DNA of 64,000 bases from a phage, in assembly GCA_019326865.1 (NCBI GenBank), contig GCA_019326865.1_4101.1. One strand, 5' to 3'. The position numbers and the translations under genes were made by a program. The number at the start of each line of letters is the position of its first letter. The first letter of the stretch is position 1. Shown here in pieces: positions 1-10,245 of the stretch. Below the pieces are notes generated by a model. That model was not told the DNA's origin and ran no database searches. It worked only from the letters and a program-made list of their open reading frames with translations.

Positions 1-1
1 A

Positions 2-772
2 CAGGCTAAATTCTTTGCTATAGCAGCACATGATCCAGAATTTGCAAAGAAAGCGGGAATTTCACAAAGTACGGCTAAAGAATGGAATGCTTCTGATGAA
101 AAGAAAGGATATCTTAAAAAAAATTCTGAACTTCCTGATAAAGTAAAAGAATCAAGTATGCGTAGTTTAGTAGATATTGTACAAGATGCAGAATTGGCTG
201 ATACAAAAAACAGAACTTGTGATATAATTGATTCTTGTGATGAAGACAAAGATACATTGGAAGAAATGCCACAACGTTTTGATAGTTTCCAAGGTCAAGA
301 CCGAGATGAGTTTGTTGACAAAACTGCTAAAATGACTGGTAGACATAACATGGTTAAGTTCTCTGAACATAAAGACTATGATGTGTATATGCACAAAAAC
401 GGAACTGGATTTATTGCTTACGATAAGTCTGGTAAACAGCTTGCCATTGTTAGTGGGCATTTTTCTAATAATGCAGTTCTTGGTGTTCAAAATGTATTTC
501 AGATTGCTGCAACCGCTTCTAAAACTGGAACTAAAGGGATAATTTATACTATCTTCATGGATATGGTATCACGTGGTATGAAAGTTCTGAGTGATAATTT
601 ACATACTGATGATGCAATTAAATTTTGGACCCGTTTAATTGGTTCCCACCAAGTTTATATTGTTGGTGGTGGTGAAGTACTTGCAAAGGCGAGTCCAGAT
701 AAGGTTCATAAGTACTGGAGTGATGACGAATCGAGTCCAAGTGCTGAACTACAACTTATGTTAGTAAAATAA
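2..772 (+). CDS. hypothetical protein, probably 5'-truncated by window edge (frame open from nt 2 with no stop; alternative start ATG at 158)
   Basis: Frame 2 is open from nt 2 through ORF 158..772; no recognisable motif. Confidence 0.5.
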   Translation, partial: QAKFFAIAAHDPEFAKKAGISQSTAKEWNASDEKKGYLKKNSELPDKVKESSMRSLVDIVQDAELADTKNRTCDIIDSCDEDKDTLEEMPQRFDSFQGQDRDEFVDKTAKMTGRHNMVKFSEHKDYDVYMHKNGTGFIAYDKSGKQLAIVSGHFSNNAVLGVQNVFQIAATASKTGTKGIIYTIFMDMVSRGMKVLSDNLHTDDAIKFWTRLIGSHQVYIVGGGEVLAKASPDKVHKYWSDDESSPSAELQLMLVK

Positions 773-779
773 TAAAAAT

Positions 780-809
780 ATCGGGACATCTGGTCCCGAT
801 ATTTTTTTT
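780..809 (+). terminator. rho-independent terminator
   Basis: Hairpin ATCGGGAC/GTCCCGAT followed by T9 run. Confidence 0.6.
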
Positions 810-871
810 GAGACAGAAATAACATTGGTGATACAATGTTTTATGACAAAGAGACATGATAAGGAATTCAA

Positions 872-2836
872 ATGGCTAAGAAAGAAAGTGCTGTTCTACA
901 GGAACATGATGTTCAACGACTCAACGATTATCAACATGCTCGTTTGCGTACAGAGATGTACCTTGGCTCACGTTCTGTGCATGAAAGTCAAGTATTGATT
1001 TTTGGTGAATCTGGATATGAGGTCAAGAACGTAGAATGGGTTCCTGCAATTCTTACTGCTACACGTGAAATTATTGATAACAGCTTAGATGAATTTAAAA
1101 AAGCTGGAACTAAAGAACCCGTTTTGAAAGTTGATTTCAATGAAGAAGAACTATCATTTGAAATTAGTGATAATGGTCGTGGTATCCCAATCGATTACGT
1201 TCCAGAATATCAAAAAAACTTATGTACTATGGTAATGACCGAAACTAAAACTGGTCGTAACTTTGATGATTCAAAACGTGATGAAACTATTGGTCAGAAT
1301 GGTTTGGGTGGTTCTGTTGCGATGATTGTAAGTTCTAAGGCAGAATTGGAAATTCATCGTCAAGGTCGTCCATATAAAACACAAAGTAGCAATGATGGTT
1401 ATGACGGCTTTTATAAGTTCAATCAGAAGTTTGAGGAAGGGACCATCATGTTCCCTGAACTTTATGTACATGAACCTACTATTAGAAAGGTACAAACAGA
1501 TAAAACTGGAACAACAATTCGTTTCACATTGAGTAAAGAAGTTTTTCCAAATAGAAAACTGCCTACTGAATTACTTTATAGTATTCTTAAAGAAATGGCT
1601 GCCGCTAACCCAACTTATAAAATATTTTTAAATGGTAAACGTATTTCTATTAAAGGAAACACTGAAAAAGCATTATTCAACTCACCTAAATTGATGCAGT
1701 TAAATGTTAAAGATGAATCTTTCAATTTTAACAGTACTTTTTATATTGTTCCTAATGCTGTATCTGGTATGAACACTAACTTTCATATGCATGGATTAGT
1801 TAACAATGCACCTGCTTTTGATGGTGGTACACATCTTGACACATTTAAAAAATTCTTTTCTTTAGGTGTTGGAGCAGCACTAGAGAAAGAATCCAAGAAA
1901 CGTAGAATGAAACCAAACCGTTCTGACATTGAAGAAGGATTGTTGATTTATAACGTCACGACGATGAAAGCACCTTCGTTCAATTCACAGATTAAATCTA
2001 AACTAACAAATGAAAATGTAATTCGTCCTATTCAACAAGCAATGAGTTCTGAGTGGTTTGATGAATTGGTTAAGAAGAATAAAGAGTGGGTTGATGAAAT
2101 TTTTGAACGCTGTGCGGCCCGTACTAATAAGAAAGATGCTGAAGAAGATCGCCGTTTGGCTAAAAAGCTTCTAAAAGGTAAGGTTGCAAAATTACTTGAT
2201 AGTACTGGTACTGATAGATCACAGTGTATTTTGTTGATTGCAGAAGGTGACTCAGCAATTTCTAACATGGCAAGTGCTCGTATACCAAGTATTCATGGGA
2301 TTCTACCATTGCGTGGTAAGATTATGAACGTCAGTGGTTCTGAAAAGACCAAAGAATTAATGGATTCGATGGCATTGCATGACATAATGGCTAGTATCAA
2401 TTTAGTGCCAGGGGTCAAAGCTGACCGAGCAGACCTGAACTATGGTAAACTTTATATTTGTGCAGATGAAGATGAAGACGGTAAAAATATCGGAGCATTA
2501 GTATGTAACTTCCTGTTCAAATTCTGGCCTGAGTTGTTCCAAGATCCAGAAAATCCATTTGTGTACATATTCAAAACTCCATTTATCATTCTAGAGAAAG
2601 GTAAGGAAACAAAATACTACTATGGTCATGATGTACATGAATACAATCCTGACGATTGGAAAGGTTGGAAAGCAACTCGTGCAAAAGGGCTTGGTACGTT
2701 AGAAAAATCAAATTTCCGCGACGCATTCACACATAGTGTTGCAGTAGCAATCACAGATGATGGACGTCTTGGTGAAACTCTTGATTTGATTTTCAACAAG
2801 AAACGTGCAGATGATCGTAAGAACTGGATGGAATAA
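872..2836 (+). CDS. 39: DNA topoisomerase II large subunit (gp39, GyrB-like GHKL ATPase + Toprim) fused with gp60-like C-terminal region
   Basis: 654 aa; GHKL motifs EIIDNSLDE, DNGRGIP, GLGGS; Toprim EGDSA...DEDEDG; length about gp39+gp60 of T4. Confidence 0.85.
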   Translation: MAKKESAVLQEHDVQRLNDYQHARLRTEMYLGSRSVHESQVLIFGESGYEVKNVEWVPAILTATREIIDNSLDEFKKAGTKEPVLKVDFNEEELSFEISDNGRGIPIDYVPEYQKNLCTMVMTETKTGRNFDDSKRDETIGQNGLGGSVAMIVSSKAELEIHRQGRPYKTQSSNDGYDGFYKFNQKFEEGTIMFPELYVHEPTIRKVQTDKTGTTIRFTLSKEVFPNRKLPTELLYSILKEMAAANPTYKIFLNGKRISIKGNTEKALFNSPKLMQLNVKDESFNFNSTFYIVPNAVSGMNTNFHMHGLVNNAPAFDGGTHLDTFKKFFSLGVGAALEKESKKRRMKPNRSDIEEGLLIYNVTTMKAPSFNSQIKSKLTNENVIRPIQQAMSSEWFDELVKKNKEWVDEIFERCAARTNKKDAEEDRRLAKKLLKGKVAKLLDSTGTDRSQCILLIAEGDSAISNMASARIPSIHGILPLRGKIMNVSGSEKTKELMDSMALHDIMASINLVPGVKADRADLNYGKLYICADEDEDGKNIGALVCNFLFKFWPELFQDPENPFVYIFKTPFIILEKGKETKYYYGHDVHEYNPDDWKGWKATRAKGLGTLEKSNFRDAFTHSVAVAITDDGRLGETLDLIFNKKRADDRKNWME

Positions 2837-2845
2837 TATAGGCTA

Positions 2846-2870
2846 ATGGGGGACATAGTGTTCCCCTTTT
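2846..2870 (+). terminator. putative terminator
   Basis: GGGGGAC..GTTCCCC hairpin followed by TTTTAT. Confidence 0.45.
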
Positions 2871-2886
2871 ATAAAGAGACAATGGA

Positions 2887-4299
2887 ATGGCTAAAAGTAA
2901 AAAAACAGAAAATCATAACATCGATAACCAAACGCTAACTCTACTAGATTATAACAGTTCTGATTATGTGAATACCACATCATTAGAGTATTCAATGTAC
3001 ACACTAGACCGTGCAATTCCTGGTATTGATGGTCTAAAGAGTTCACAACGAAAAGCAATTTTCACATTATCTAAAATCAGTGGCGAAATTAAAACAGTAT
3101 CATGTGCTGGTAAAATGATCAGTGATGGTATCTATCTTCATGGGGATACATCTGCATCAGGAACACTTCAGAACTTAGCATCACCAGTAGCCAATAATTA
3201 TCCACTAATAGGTAAACGTGGTGGATTTGGTACACAAGTAAATAGCACACCAGCTTCTGCTCGTTATACGTATGTAAAGAAGAATAAAAGTACTGAAATG
3301 CTCGTGTTACGTGATGCTGATATTATTCCAATGAAAGAGAACTATGATGGGACAACATACGAGCCTGTTCACTTCTTGCCTATTATTCCATTATCATTAT
3401 TTGGTAATGATAGTATGTCAGTTGGGTATAAAAGTACAATCCTACCACATAAAATTGAAGATATTATTGACAATTGTATTCGTGCTATTGATAAAAAACC
3501 ACTAAAAGAAATGACACCATACTATGTGTCATGTGGTGCAAGTGATGTAGTAACAAAGCTTGATGAAAATAAGTACGAGTTTTATGGTAAAGCACAAGTT
3601 ATTGATGCCAGCACTGTTAAAGTGACAGGCTTACCACCAAATTATAGTATTGAGAAGTTCATTGAGAAGCTCATTAAAATGTGCGATGATGGAGAGATAC
3701 GTGACTATGATAATAACAGTACTGATGTAATTGATATTACCATTAAACTACCACGTGGAACATCAGCTAAATGGACAGAGAAAGATGTTATTGATTATTT
3801 TGGAATTAACAAAAAGATCACACAACATTTAACTGTCTTAGGTGAAAATGGTAAAGTGAAAGTTTACGATACAACAATGGATTTGATTAAAGACTTCGTG
3901 AATTTCCGTTTCAAATATTACATCAAGCGTTATGAAAAGAAACTTGATGATTGTGCTGCTGAAGTTCGTTATAAAGTTCTAATTAAAGAATGTTTCGATA
4001 ATGATATGATTGCTAAGGTAAAAGGATTTGCCAACCGTGCGGAGATGGTTGAATTCGTTAAATCATTAAATGTCGAAATTCAAGCAACTGAAGATAATAT
4101 TCAAAGTATTGTAAACTTCCCTTCATATCGCTGGACACAAGATAATTATCAATCAGTTCTACAAGATATCCAGGACAATCTTGATTTGATGGATAAGTAC
4201 AATGAACTACTATCTAATCATGACTTAATTTGGGATATCTACAAATCTGAACTCAAAGAACTAAAAAAAACTGACTTTACTCCTAAATCAGACAATTGA
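2887..4299 (+). CDS. 52: DNA topoisomerase II medium subunit (gp52, GyrA-like)
   Basis: 470 aa; GyrA-like N-terminus with SSQRKAIF and RYTYV (active-site Tyr region). Confidence 0.85.
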   Translation: MAKSKKTENHNIDNQTLTLLDYNSSDYVNTTSLEYSMYTLDRAIPGIDGLKSSQRKAIFTLSKISGEIKTVSCAGKMISDGIYLHGDTSASGTLQNLASPVANNYPLIGKRGGFGTQVNSTPASARYTYVKKNKSTEMLVLRDADIIPMKENYDGTTYEPVHFLPIIPLSLFGNDSMSVGYKSTILPHKIEDIIDNCIRAIDKKPLKEMTPYYVSCGASDVVTKLDENKYEFYGKAQVIDASTVKVTGLPPNYSIEKFIEKLIKMCDDGEIRDYDNNSTDVIDITIKLPRGTSAKWTEKDVIDYFGINKKITQHLTVLGENGKVKVYDTTMDLIKDFVNFRFKYYIKRYEKKLDDCAAEVRYKVLIKECFDNDMIAKVKGFANRAEMVEFVKSLNVEIQATEDNIQSIVNFPSYRWTQDNYQSVLQDIQDNLDLMDKYNELLSNHDLIWDIYKSELKELKKTDFTPKSDN

Positions 4300-4308
4300 T
4301 ATATTAAT

Positions 4309-4341
4309 GGAAGACCTTACTGGTCTTCCTTGTCCTTTATA
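4309..4341 (+). terminator. rho-independent terminator
   Basis: GGAAGACC ttac TGGTCTTCC hairpin then T-rich tract. Confidence 0.55.
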
Positions 4342-4385
4342 TAAATAATCTATAGATAATGGTAGCTTGGCTATGGAGAATTACA

Positions 4386-6779
4386 ATGACAACTTTTACC
4401 CCACGCTGGGACATAAAAGCCGATGCTCGATATATACAAGAAGGACAAGACATTCTTGTGCGTTTGAGTATCAATAAAAAAAGCACAACGGATGATAGAT
4501 ATGTATTAAATGAAGAAGAATACTTAGAGATGATTCTTAATATACAATGCTTGGATAGTTCAGGTGCTGTATTTGATCCAGAACCACATTATACTTTTTA
4601 TGTTGGTAATGATGAAAATAGTTTTGTTCCGATTTCTGATGGAACTACTGGTAATAAATTGGTAAATGGTAAGCATAAATGTAAAATTAGCAAAAAAGAA
4701 TTTAACTTATCAGCAAACACTAATAGTGAAGATGTATATTTTATAAAAATCCACTGCAAAAATGATGGAACCTATAACAATACAGAAGTTATTAATTTTT
4801 ATTTGCAAGCAGTAAATGTTATGTATTATGGTAATATCTCACCAAGTGGTGTATTAGGTTCAACCGATGTTACATTAACATATGATAGTCAGGAAGTTTG
4901 GGTTACGCCTGGAGTTGAAATTGGTGATGATAATAAGCTTTATTGTATTGGTGATGTTGAATACGGTTCAAACAGCACACTATTTGTACAAGGATTTGGT
5001 AGAAGACGACCTTTTATATTAGGTACTGACATTACGGATGATATTACACCCCGCGTATTTTTCCCAGCTTATAGATTGCTTGATATGGATATATCAGAAG
5101 TCCCCCAGAAGCATATAACAAAGAATTATGCTGTATTCAAACCAGCACATTCAACATGGCCGATTTCTGGTATAAACAAAGAAGTAAAAGTTAACATTCA
5201 AAATAAGAATGGAAGTCTTATTGATACAGGTATGATTTTTAACCCCAATGGACAATTACTTCAATCATTTTTGTATGACTCTGATGCATGTGATGCATAT
5301 TTTAAAGTTGAGATCGTTGATATATTAAGCACATATTTAGAGGAAAGTGAAAGGTTTGCAATCAATCAACGATATAAAGCATATCAAATGTGGGTATGTC
5401 CTGAAGATATAGATACTATCTATTCTGTTTCAGACAAGCCATTACCCAATCATTTATATCAATTAAAAGATAATGTTGTGTATCCATATGTAATTAGTGG
5501 TGAATATGACAACGGATCACTTAAACCTGTATATGATAGTAGTGATTGGATCGATTTGGGATATTATGACCCTTCTCTTGGTGAGAATATTATTGGTATG
5601 CAAAAAATATTCAGAGTATTGGTTAACGCCGAAGAAGGAAATAATATAAACTTCATCACTGATAGTGACTTAGGGATTATTCATGTCGGTGAATATTTTG
5701 GTAATAGTACTTATCCTAAACTAGAAACTGATAGTACAAGTCAGGTTTCTTATATGTTAGATGGTGGTGATGATATCAGAAAATATGGAATTGACTTGAC
5801 ACCGGATGGGTATCTTATTGGAACAGCATATGCCAAAAGTATTGATTTTAGTCAAAATGATGATATTAAATTATCATTTTATGTTAAAGTATTCAGTACT
5901 GAAGGTGGTGAAGCAAGGAAATTATTCAACCTTAAAATTGTGAGAGGATTTGGACAGAATTATTTGAGTGCACATGTATTACCTTCTGTTGCATTTGAGA
6001 GAGAGTGGTTTAAATGTATTAGTACTTCATCATTCACAAACCAACTTTTTTTCCGTCAATCTGACAACAGATATGGACTTCAAAAAGTACCGAAGATGTT
6101 ATTAAAAGAAAACTTCCTAAGTCAAAATTATCCATATACAAATATTACTGATATTAAAAAAGTATTACGAAAGATTATAGTTAATCCAAATGGAACTACG
6201 ATTCCTAATGGAAAATTTAAAATGGTTATAGGTAATTATAAATTATTATCAGTACTTGACAATCAAGGCAATTTGCAATATGATTTATTATATAGAGAAG
6301 TTTTGCCCGAAGGTTCACTGGTATCAGTATCAAAAAATCCTCGTCAGTATACACAAATAGACAACGGACAACTTGGTGAATTGTTTGGCCTCCGACAAAA
6401 CATATTTCAAGTTATTGGCGAAGATACAACGAACTTGGTCAAAGATCCAACCGATTTACAAAACCGTGGTTTATATGTTGATGCAATACCAAGTGTAAGT
6501 GAAGAAATGCTCGATACTGTTCCTAGGTTCATGAATCATCCATATATTGAAAATGGATTACAGAAAAAATTCATGCCTATAATTCCAGTTGCTTTTTGTC
6601 AACCAGGAAAAGGTGAAGCGTTTTTCAACACTTTACTCCAGAATAATGAACATGGTACAATGGTAGGTCTAGAATTTGAAATCACATCTGTTGAATTCGG
6701 ATACTTTTCACATGAATCAGTTAATTATGTGCCTGATACATTTGTGATTACACTACCAAATAATAACATAGGAGGTTGA
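4386..6779 (+). CDS. large hypothetical protein (about 797 aa)
   Basis: Long ORF; start chosen at ATG 4386 preceded by GGAGA; no recognisable motif. Confidence 0.6.
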   Translation: MTTFTPRWDIKADARYIQEGQDILVRLSINKKSTTDDRYVLNEEEYLEMILNIQCLDSSGAVFDPEPHYTFYVGNDENSFVPISDGTTGNKLVNGKHKCKISKKEFNLSANTNSEDVYFIKIHCKNDGTYNNTEVINFYLQAVNVMYYGNISPSGVLGSTDVTLTYDSQEVWVTPGVEIGDDNKLYCIGDVEYGSNSTLFVQGFGRRRPFILGTDITDDITPRVFFPAYRLLDMDISEVPQKHITKNYAVFKPAHSTWPISGINKEVKVNIQNKNGSLIDTGMIFNPNGQLLQSFLYDSDACDAYFKVEIVDILSTYLEESERFAINQRYKAYQMWVCPEDIDTIYSVSDKPLPNHLYQLKDNVVYPYVISGEYDNGSLKPVYDSSDWIDLGYYDPSLGENIIGMQKIFRVLVNAEEGNNINFITDSDLGIIHVGEYFGNSTYPKLETDSTSQVSYMLDGGDDIRKYGIDLTPDGYLIGTAYAKSIDFSQNDDIKLSFYVKVFSTEGGEARKLFNLKIVRGFGQNYLSAHVLPSVAFEREWFKCISTSSFTNQLFFRQSDNRYGLQKVPKMLLKENFLSQNYPYTNITDIKKVLRKIIVNPNGTTIPNGKFKMVIGNYKLLSVLDNQGNLQYDLLYREVLPEGSLVSVSKNPRQYTQIDNGQLGELFGLRQNIFQVIGEDTTNLVKDPTDLQNRGLYVDAIPSVSEEMLDTVPRFMNHPYIENGLQKKFMPIIPVAFCQPGKGEAFFNTLLQNNEHGTMVGLEFEITSVEFGYFSHESVNYVPDTFVITLPNNNIGG

Positions 6780-6780
6780 C

Positions 6781-7092
6781 ATGTTTAATCCTTTCTTTGA
6801 CCCGTCAGGGATGACCGAAAAGGAACTACAGTTGAAAATTAATGAACAATCAATGCGTTTAACAGCAGCACGTGCTGCTGGGATGAGCAATATGATTATT
6901 GGTAATATGCAAACTGTGTTAAATCAATGTTATGCTGAACTAGAACTTCGTCAAGGACAAAAAGAGAAAAATGTTTATGATGATGAAGGTCCATGTATAT
7001 TTGACATGGATTCCTATCTAACAGATAATGAAGAGGCCCAAAAGAAGAAAAATGAAAGTACAAGGAAACAGATTTATAAGTCCCAATGGTGA
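6781..7092 (+). CDS. hypothetical protein
   Basis: ORF 103 aa immediately after upstream stop. Confidence 0.45.
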   Translation: MFNPFFDPSGMTEKELQLKINEQSMRLTAARAAGMSNMIIGNMQTVLNQCYAELELRQGQKEKNVYDDEGPCIFDMDSYLTDNEEAQKKKNESTRKQIYKSQW

Positions 7093-7570
7093 TGTGAAAT
7101 GTAATCTTAATGCAGTTGTTTATGCAATCAACTGTGGTGTAGATATCCAGTACTTGCAATTACAGGAAATTGATGAACCTGAAAGGTTAAAATTCAATGA
7201 TAACTGTAAAAAATTTGGCTTAGAACAACGTATGCTAGATTATACAATAGAACATGATAAAAATCATGAACTTTGGCGTTATGATCCTGTATACGATAAT
7301 ATAAATCTTCGTGATTATTTTTTAGAAAAGTGTACGTCAGATGAAGCACGAAAACGTGTTGAGTATGAACTTGATTTATATGAATATTATAATATGACTA
7401 AGCTATTGAGATGTATGATATGGCTAGTCGATTATATGGAAGAAAATAAGATCTTTTGGGGTCTTGGGCGTGGAAGCTCTGTTGCATCGTATTGTCTGTT
7501 TTTGATTGGTCTACATATGGTAGATTCATTGAAATATGATCTTGATGTTAATGAATTTTTGAAATGGTAG
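7028..7570 (+). CDS. hypothetical protein with DnaE-like GRGS segment at C-terminus
   Basis: 180 aa; C-terminal LGRGSSVASYCLFLIGL..DSLKYDLDVNEFL resembles the conserved GPGRGSAAGSLVAY..DPL..LLFERFL segment of Pol III alpha; start uncertain (overlaps upstream ORF). Confidence 0.4.
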   Translation: MKRPKRRKMKVQGNRFISPNGDVKCNLNAVVYAINCGVDIQYLQLQEIDEPERLKFNDNCKKFGLEQRMLDYTIEHDKNHELWRYDPVYDNINLRDYFLEKCTSDEARKRVEYELDLYEYYNMTKLLRCMIWLVDYMEENKIFWGLGRGSSVASYCLFLIGLHMVDSLKYDLDVNEFLKW

Positions 7571-7577
7571 AAAAACA

Positions 7578-7588
7578 TGTGATATAAT
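7578..7588 (+). promoter_or_regulatory. extended -10 promoter element TGTGATATAAT
   Basis: TGn-TATAAT followed by GTTTGTT, same element recurs at 32521 and 37068. Confidence 0.4.
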
Positions 7589-7636
7589 GTTTGTTACAGA
7601 AGCATTATATCACACATACAATAAAAGGATTTTTAT

Positions 7637-7981
7637 ATGTCTAAACACACAACTTATCGTGGTACAACTATTGATATGGATATGCTCAAGTACCAAAACC
7701 AATACCAAGTTGCATTAGGTAATGCAAACCTAAATGCTCGCGGTGATAAAATTGGTTCCGGTGGTACAATTGTTAAAACTCGTGAAGAGTTACTTCAAGA
7801 AAAAGAACGAGAAATGCAAATTCCTGATTATATTCCTGAGCATCAACTTCATAGCACTGAGCATAGTACTGACGATGTATGGGACGATGAAAGTTTTGAG
7901 GTTAAGCCCGAAGAACAAGAAGTTAAAGTTTCTGAAGAAAAGAAAGCACCACGCCGAGCTAGAATCAAAGATCAGGAGTAA
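7637..7981 (+). CDS. hypothetical protein
   Basis: ORF 114 aa, acidic C-terminal half. Confidence 0.5.
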   Translation: MSKHTTYRGTTIDMDMLKYQNQYQVALGNANLNARGDKIGSGGTIVKTREELLQEKEREMQIPDYIPEHQLHSTEHSTDDVWDDESFEVKPEEQEVKVSEEKKAPRRARIKDQE

Positions 7982-7989
7982 TATATTAA

Positions 7990-8316
7990 ATGACTAAAAA
8001 AGTAATGACAGCATGTAAAGGTAAAGTTTTAGTAACTGAACTTGAACATGGTGAACGTAAAACAGCAGGTGGTATTGTTTTAACAAACGATGATGGTAAA
8101 ATTCGAGGTATTCGCTCCCGCTGGGCTAGAGTTTATTCTGTCGGTGAGGACATTACCGATATCAAAGAAGGACAATGGATTTTAATCGATCATGGACGAT
8201 GGTCCAGAACGATTGAAGTTGATGGTATCGAATTGAACTTAGTTGATTACCCTGCTGCTGTTAGTTTGGTGTCAGATGAAGACCCCCGAACTAAAATGCT
8301 GACATTTGGACGTTAA
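7990..8316 (+). CDS. GroES-like co-chaperonin (functional analogue of T4 gp31)
   Basis: 108 aa; GroES-like pattern KVLV...KTAGGIVL...G..V.VGEDI..G..IL. Confidence 0.65.
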   Translation: MTKKVMTACKGKVLVTELEHGERKTAGGIVLTNDDGKIRGIRSRWARVYSVGEDITDIKEGQWILIDHGRWSRTIEVDGIELNLVDYPAAVSLVSDEDPRTKMLTFGR

Positions 8317-8329
8317 TATAATATAATTA

Positions 8330-8360
8330 AAGCTCGGAATAATTTCTGGGCTTTTTATTT
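8330..8360 (+). terminator. putative terminator
   Basis: GCTCGGAA..TTCTGGGC hairpin followed by TTTTTATTTT. Confidence 0.45.
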
Positions 8361-8641
8361 TGGACACTTTTATGATAACGGATGATGGAAAATTTAGTTT
8401 TAAAGATGTAACATTGATATCAAAAAACGGAAGATTCATGTTTGAAGATAGAAAAAATACCAAATATGTGTATGAAGTTTCCCATGATATGTTTAAAGTT
8501 TTATTAGTTGCTGCTGCCCAAGCTGAAAGTTCTGGGATTAAAAATAAAGCAAACTCTTTTAATTTTTTATTTAATCAACTAGAAATGACAGAAGAACTTT
8601 TTACGGCTTTATTGTATAATTCAGCCGATTGGATTCTATAA
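8360..8641 (+). CDS. hypothetical small protein (possible weak member of EExFFQ family)
   Basis: ORF 93 aa; C-terminal TEELFTALLYNSADW loosely resembles family motif. Confidence 0.4.
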   Translation: MDTFMITDDGKFSFKDVTLISKNGRFMFEDRKNTKYVYEVSHDMFKVLLVAAAQAESSGIKNKANSFNFLFNQLEMTEELFTALLYNSADWIL

Positions 8642-8665
8642 CACGTACACAGAAGGAAATATAAA

Positions 8666-9619
8666 ATGACCACACTTTGGACTGAAAAATATCGCCCACA
8701 ATCAATGGAAGATTATGTATCAAAAAATGATGCCCTACGCCAGAAAATGGAAGAATGGATTAAAACTGGTGATATTCCACATATTGGTTTTTTTGGCCCA
8801 GCCGGAACTGGTAAAACATCTGCAATTAAAGTTCTTATTAATGGGTTAGTTCAAAATGGACACTTAGACCCAAGTGATGTAACAACACTTAATATGTCAG
8901 ATGAAGGTATTGATGCTGTACGTGATAAAATCGATGCAGCAGCTAAACTATCATGTTTTGGTAGATATCGTATTTTTGTTCTTGAAGAAATGGAGCAGAT
9001 GAATCATAAAGCACAAGGTAGCTTGAAACGTGTAATGGAGGATTATCATGAAAATGCTCGCTTTATTTTAACAAGTAATGAACCACATAAAATTCAAAAG
9101 CCTATCATTTCCCGTGTTCAAGTCATCACTATTGAAAAGCATGACATGGAACAGTTCATGACTAGAATTTACAATATCCTTCTCGCCGAAGGTGTTGACC
9201 TGAGTAGTGATGATAGTGTTGAACAAGTTCAAAAGTACATTAATGCTTCTTATCCTGATTTTCGTAAAACGTTAAACGTATTGCAAAGCTCTGTAGTTGA
9301 TGGTAAACTAGTAAAACTAGAAGATAGTATTGAAAATTCAGCGGGATACCGCACTGCAATCATTGATGCATTGAAGGCGGGAAATATTCGTCAAATGCGA
9401 GAACAGATTGTTCAATCTATTCCTGATGATGAAATGGATGCATTTTTCTCTTACTTATACAGAAATGCTGAAATGTTCAGTACTGATGAAATTACTCTTA
9501 TGAAAATCAAGGTTAAGATTCGTGATGCTGTTGTAAAACAAGCAACTGTATCTGACCGTGAAATGAATCTCAGTGCATTACTGTGTGAAATTGACCTAAT
9601 TTGTTCGGGGAACATGTAA
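8666..9619 (+). CDS. 44: clamp loader large subunit (gp44, RFC-like AAA+ ATPase)
   Basis: 317 aa; RFC box EKYRP, Walker A GPAGTGKT, length matches T4 gp44. Confidence 0.85.
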   Translation: MTTLWTEKYRPQSMEDYVSKNDALRQKMEEWIKTGDIPHIGFFGPAGTGKTSAIKVLINGLVQNGHLDPSDVTTLNMSDEGIDAVRDKIDAAAKLSCFGRYRIFVLEEMEQMNHKAQGSLKRVMEDYHENARFILTSNEPHKIQKPIISRVQVITIEKHDMEQFMTRIYNILLAEGVDLSSDDSVEQVQKYINASYPDFRKTLNVLQSSVVDGKLVKLEDSIENSAGYRTAIIDALKAGNIRQMREQIVQSIPDDEMDAFFSYLYRNAEMFSTDEITLMKIKVKIRDAVVKQATVSDREMNLSALLCEIDLICSGNM

Positions 9620-10245
9620 TGAAAGACCGTTGTATTGTATTCGACTGCGACGAAGTACTGCTAGATCACATTGGCTCATTGGAAGAATATGCAAAACTTC
9701 AGTATGATATCAACCCAACAACACCATACCCACTTGCCTATGATTTATCAGAATGGTTTGGTGTTTCAAAAGAGAAAGTGCAAGAGATCATAACCGAATT
9801 CAATCAACGCTCGTATATGTTTGGTTTACTAAAACCATTGGAACCAAACACTGTAAGTATTATGCATGAAATTCGTGATCGCTTTTACAAGGAAAAATTC
9901 ATCGTACTTACCAAGTGTGGCAAGAAAGGCTATAGTGAAGTTCTTCGCAATACCAATCTTATGCACGTGTTCGGTGAATCATGTTTTGATGAAATCATCA
10001 TTATTGAAATGAATGAATCTAAACGCAAAGCACTAGAAGAATTAAAAGAACGTTATGACGTAAAACTTATGATTGATGATTATATCAATAATATTGAAAC
10101 ATCAATGGAATTGGGTATTCCATCAGTTATGATGCGTGCTTCCCATAATCACATGTATAAGAACGGTTCTGGATATGACTATGTGAATAACTGGGATGAG
10201 CTACGTTTGAAAATCTACTCAGTACTATCAAAATACTACCAATAA
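9619..10245 (+). CDS. putative HAD-family phosphatase / 5'-nucleotidase-like protein
   Basis: ATGA overlap with gp44 stop; HAD motif I IVFDCDEVLL (DxDxV). Confidence 0.5.
   Translation: MKDRCIVFDCDEVLLDHIGSLEEYAKLQYDINPTTPYPLAYDLSEWFGVSKEKVQEIITEFNQRSYMFGLLKPLEPNTVSIMHEIRDRFYKEKFIVLTKCGKKGYSEVLRNTNLMHVFGESCFDEIIIIEMNESKRKALEELKERYDVKLMIDDYINNIETSMELGIPSVMMRASHNHMYKNGSGYDYVNNWDELRLKIYSVLSKYYQ

Noticed and set aside
7734-7997. Alternative plus-strand ORF overlapping ORF 7637-7981
   Set aside because: Overlaps the better-supported frame almost entirely; low-complexity, Lys/Leu-rich translation typical of an out-of-frame read of AT-rich coding DNA.
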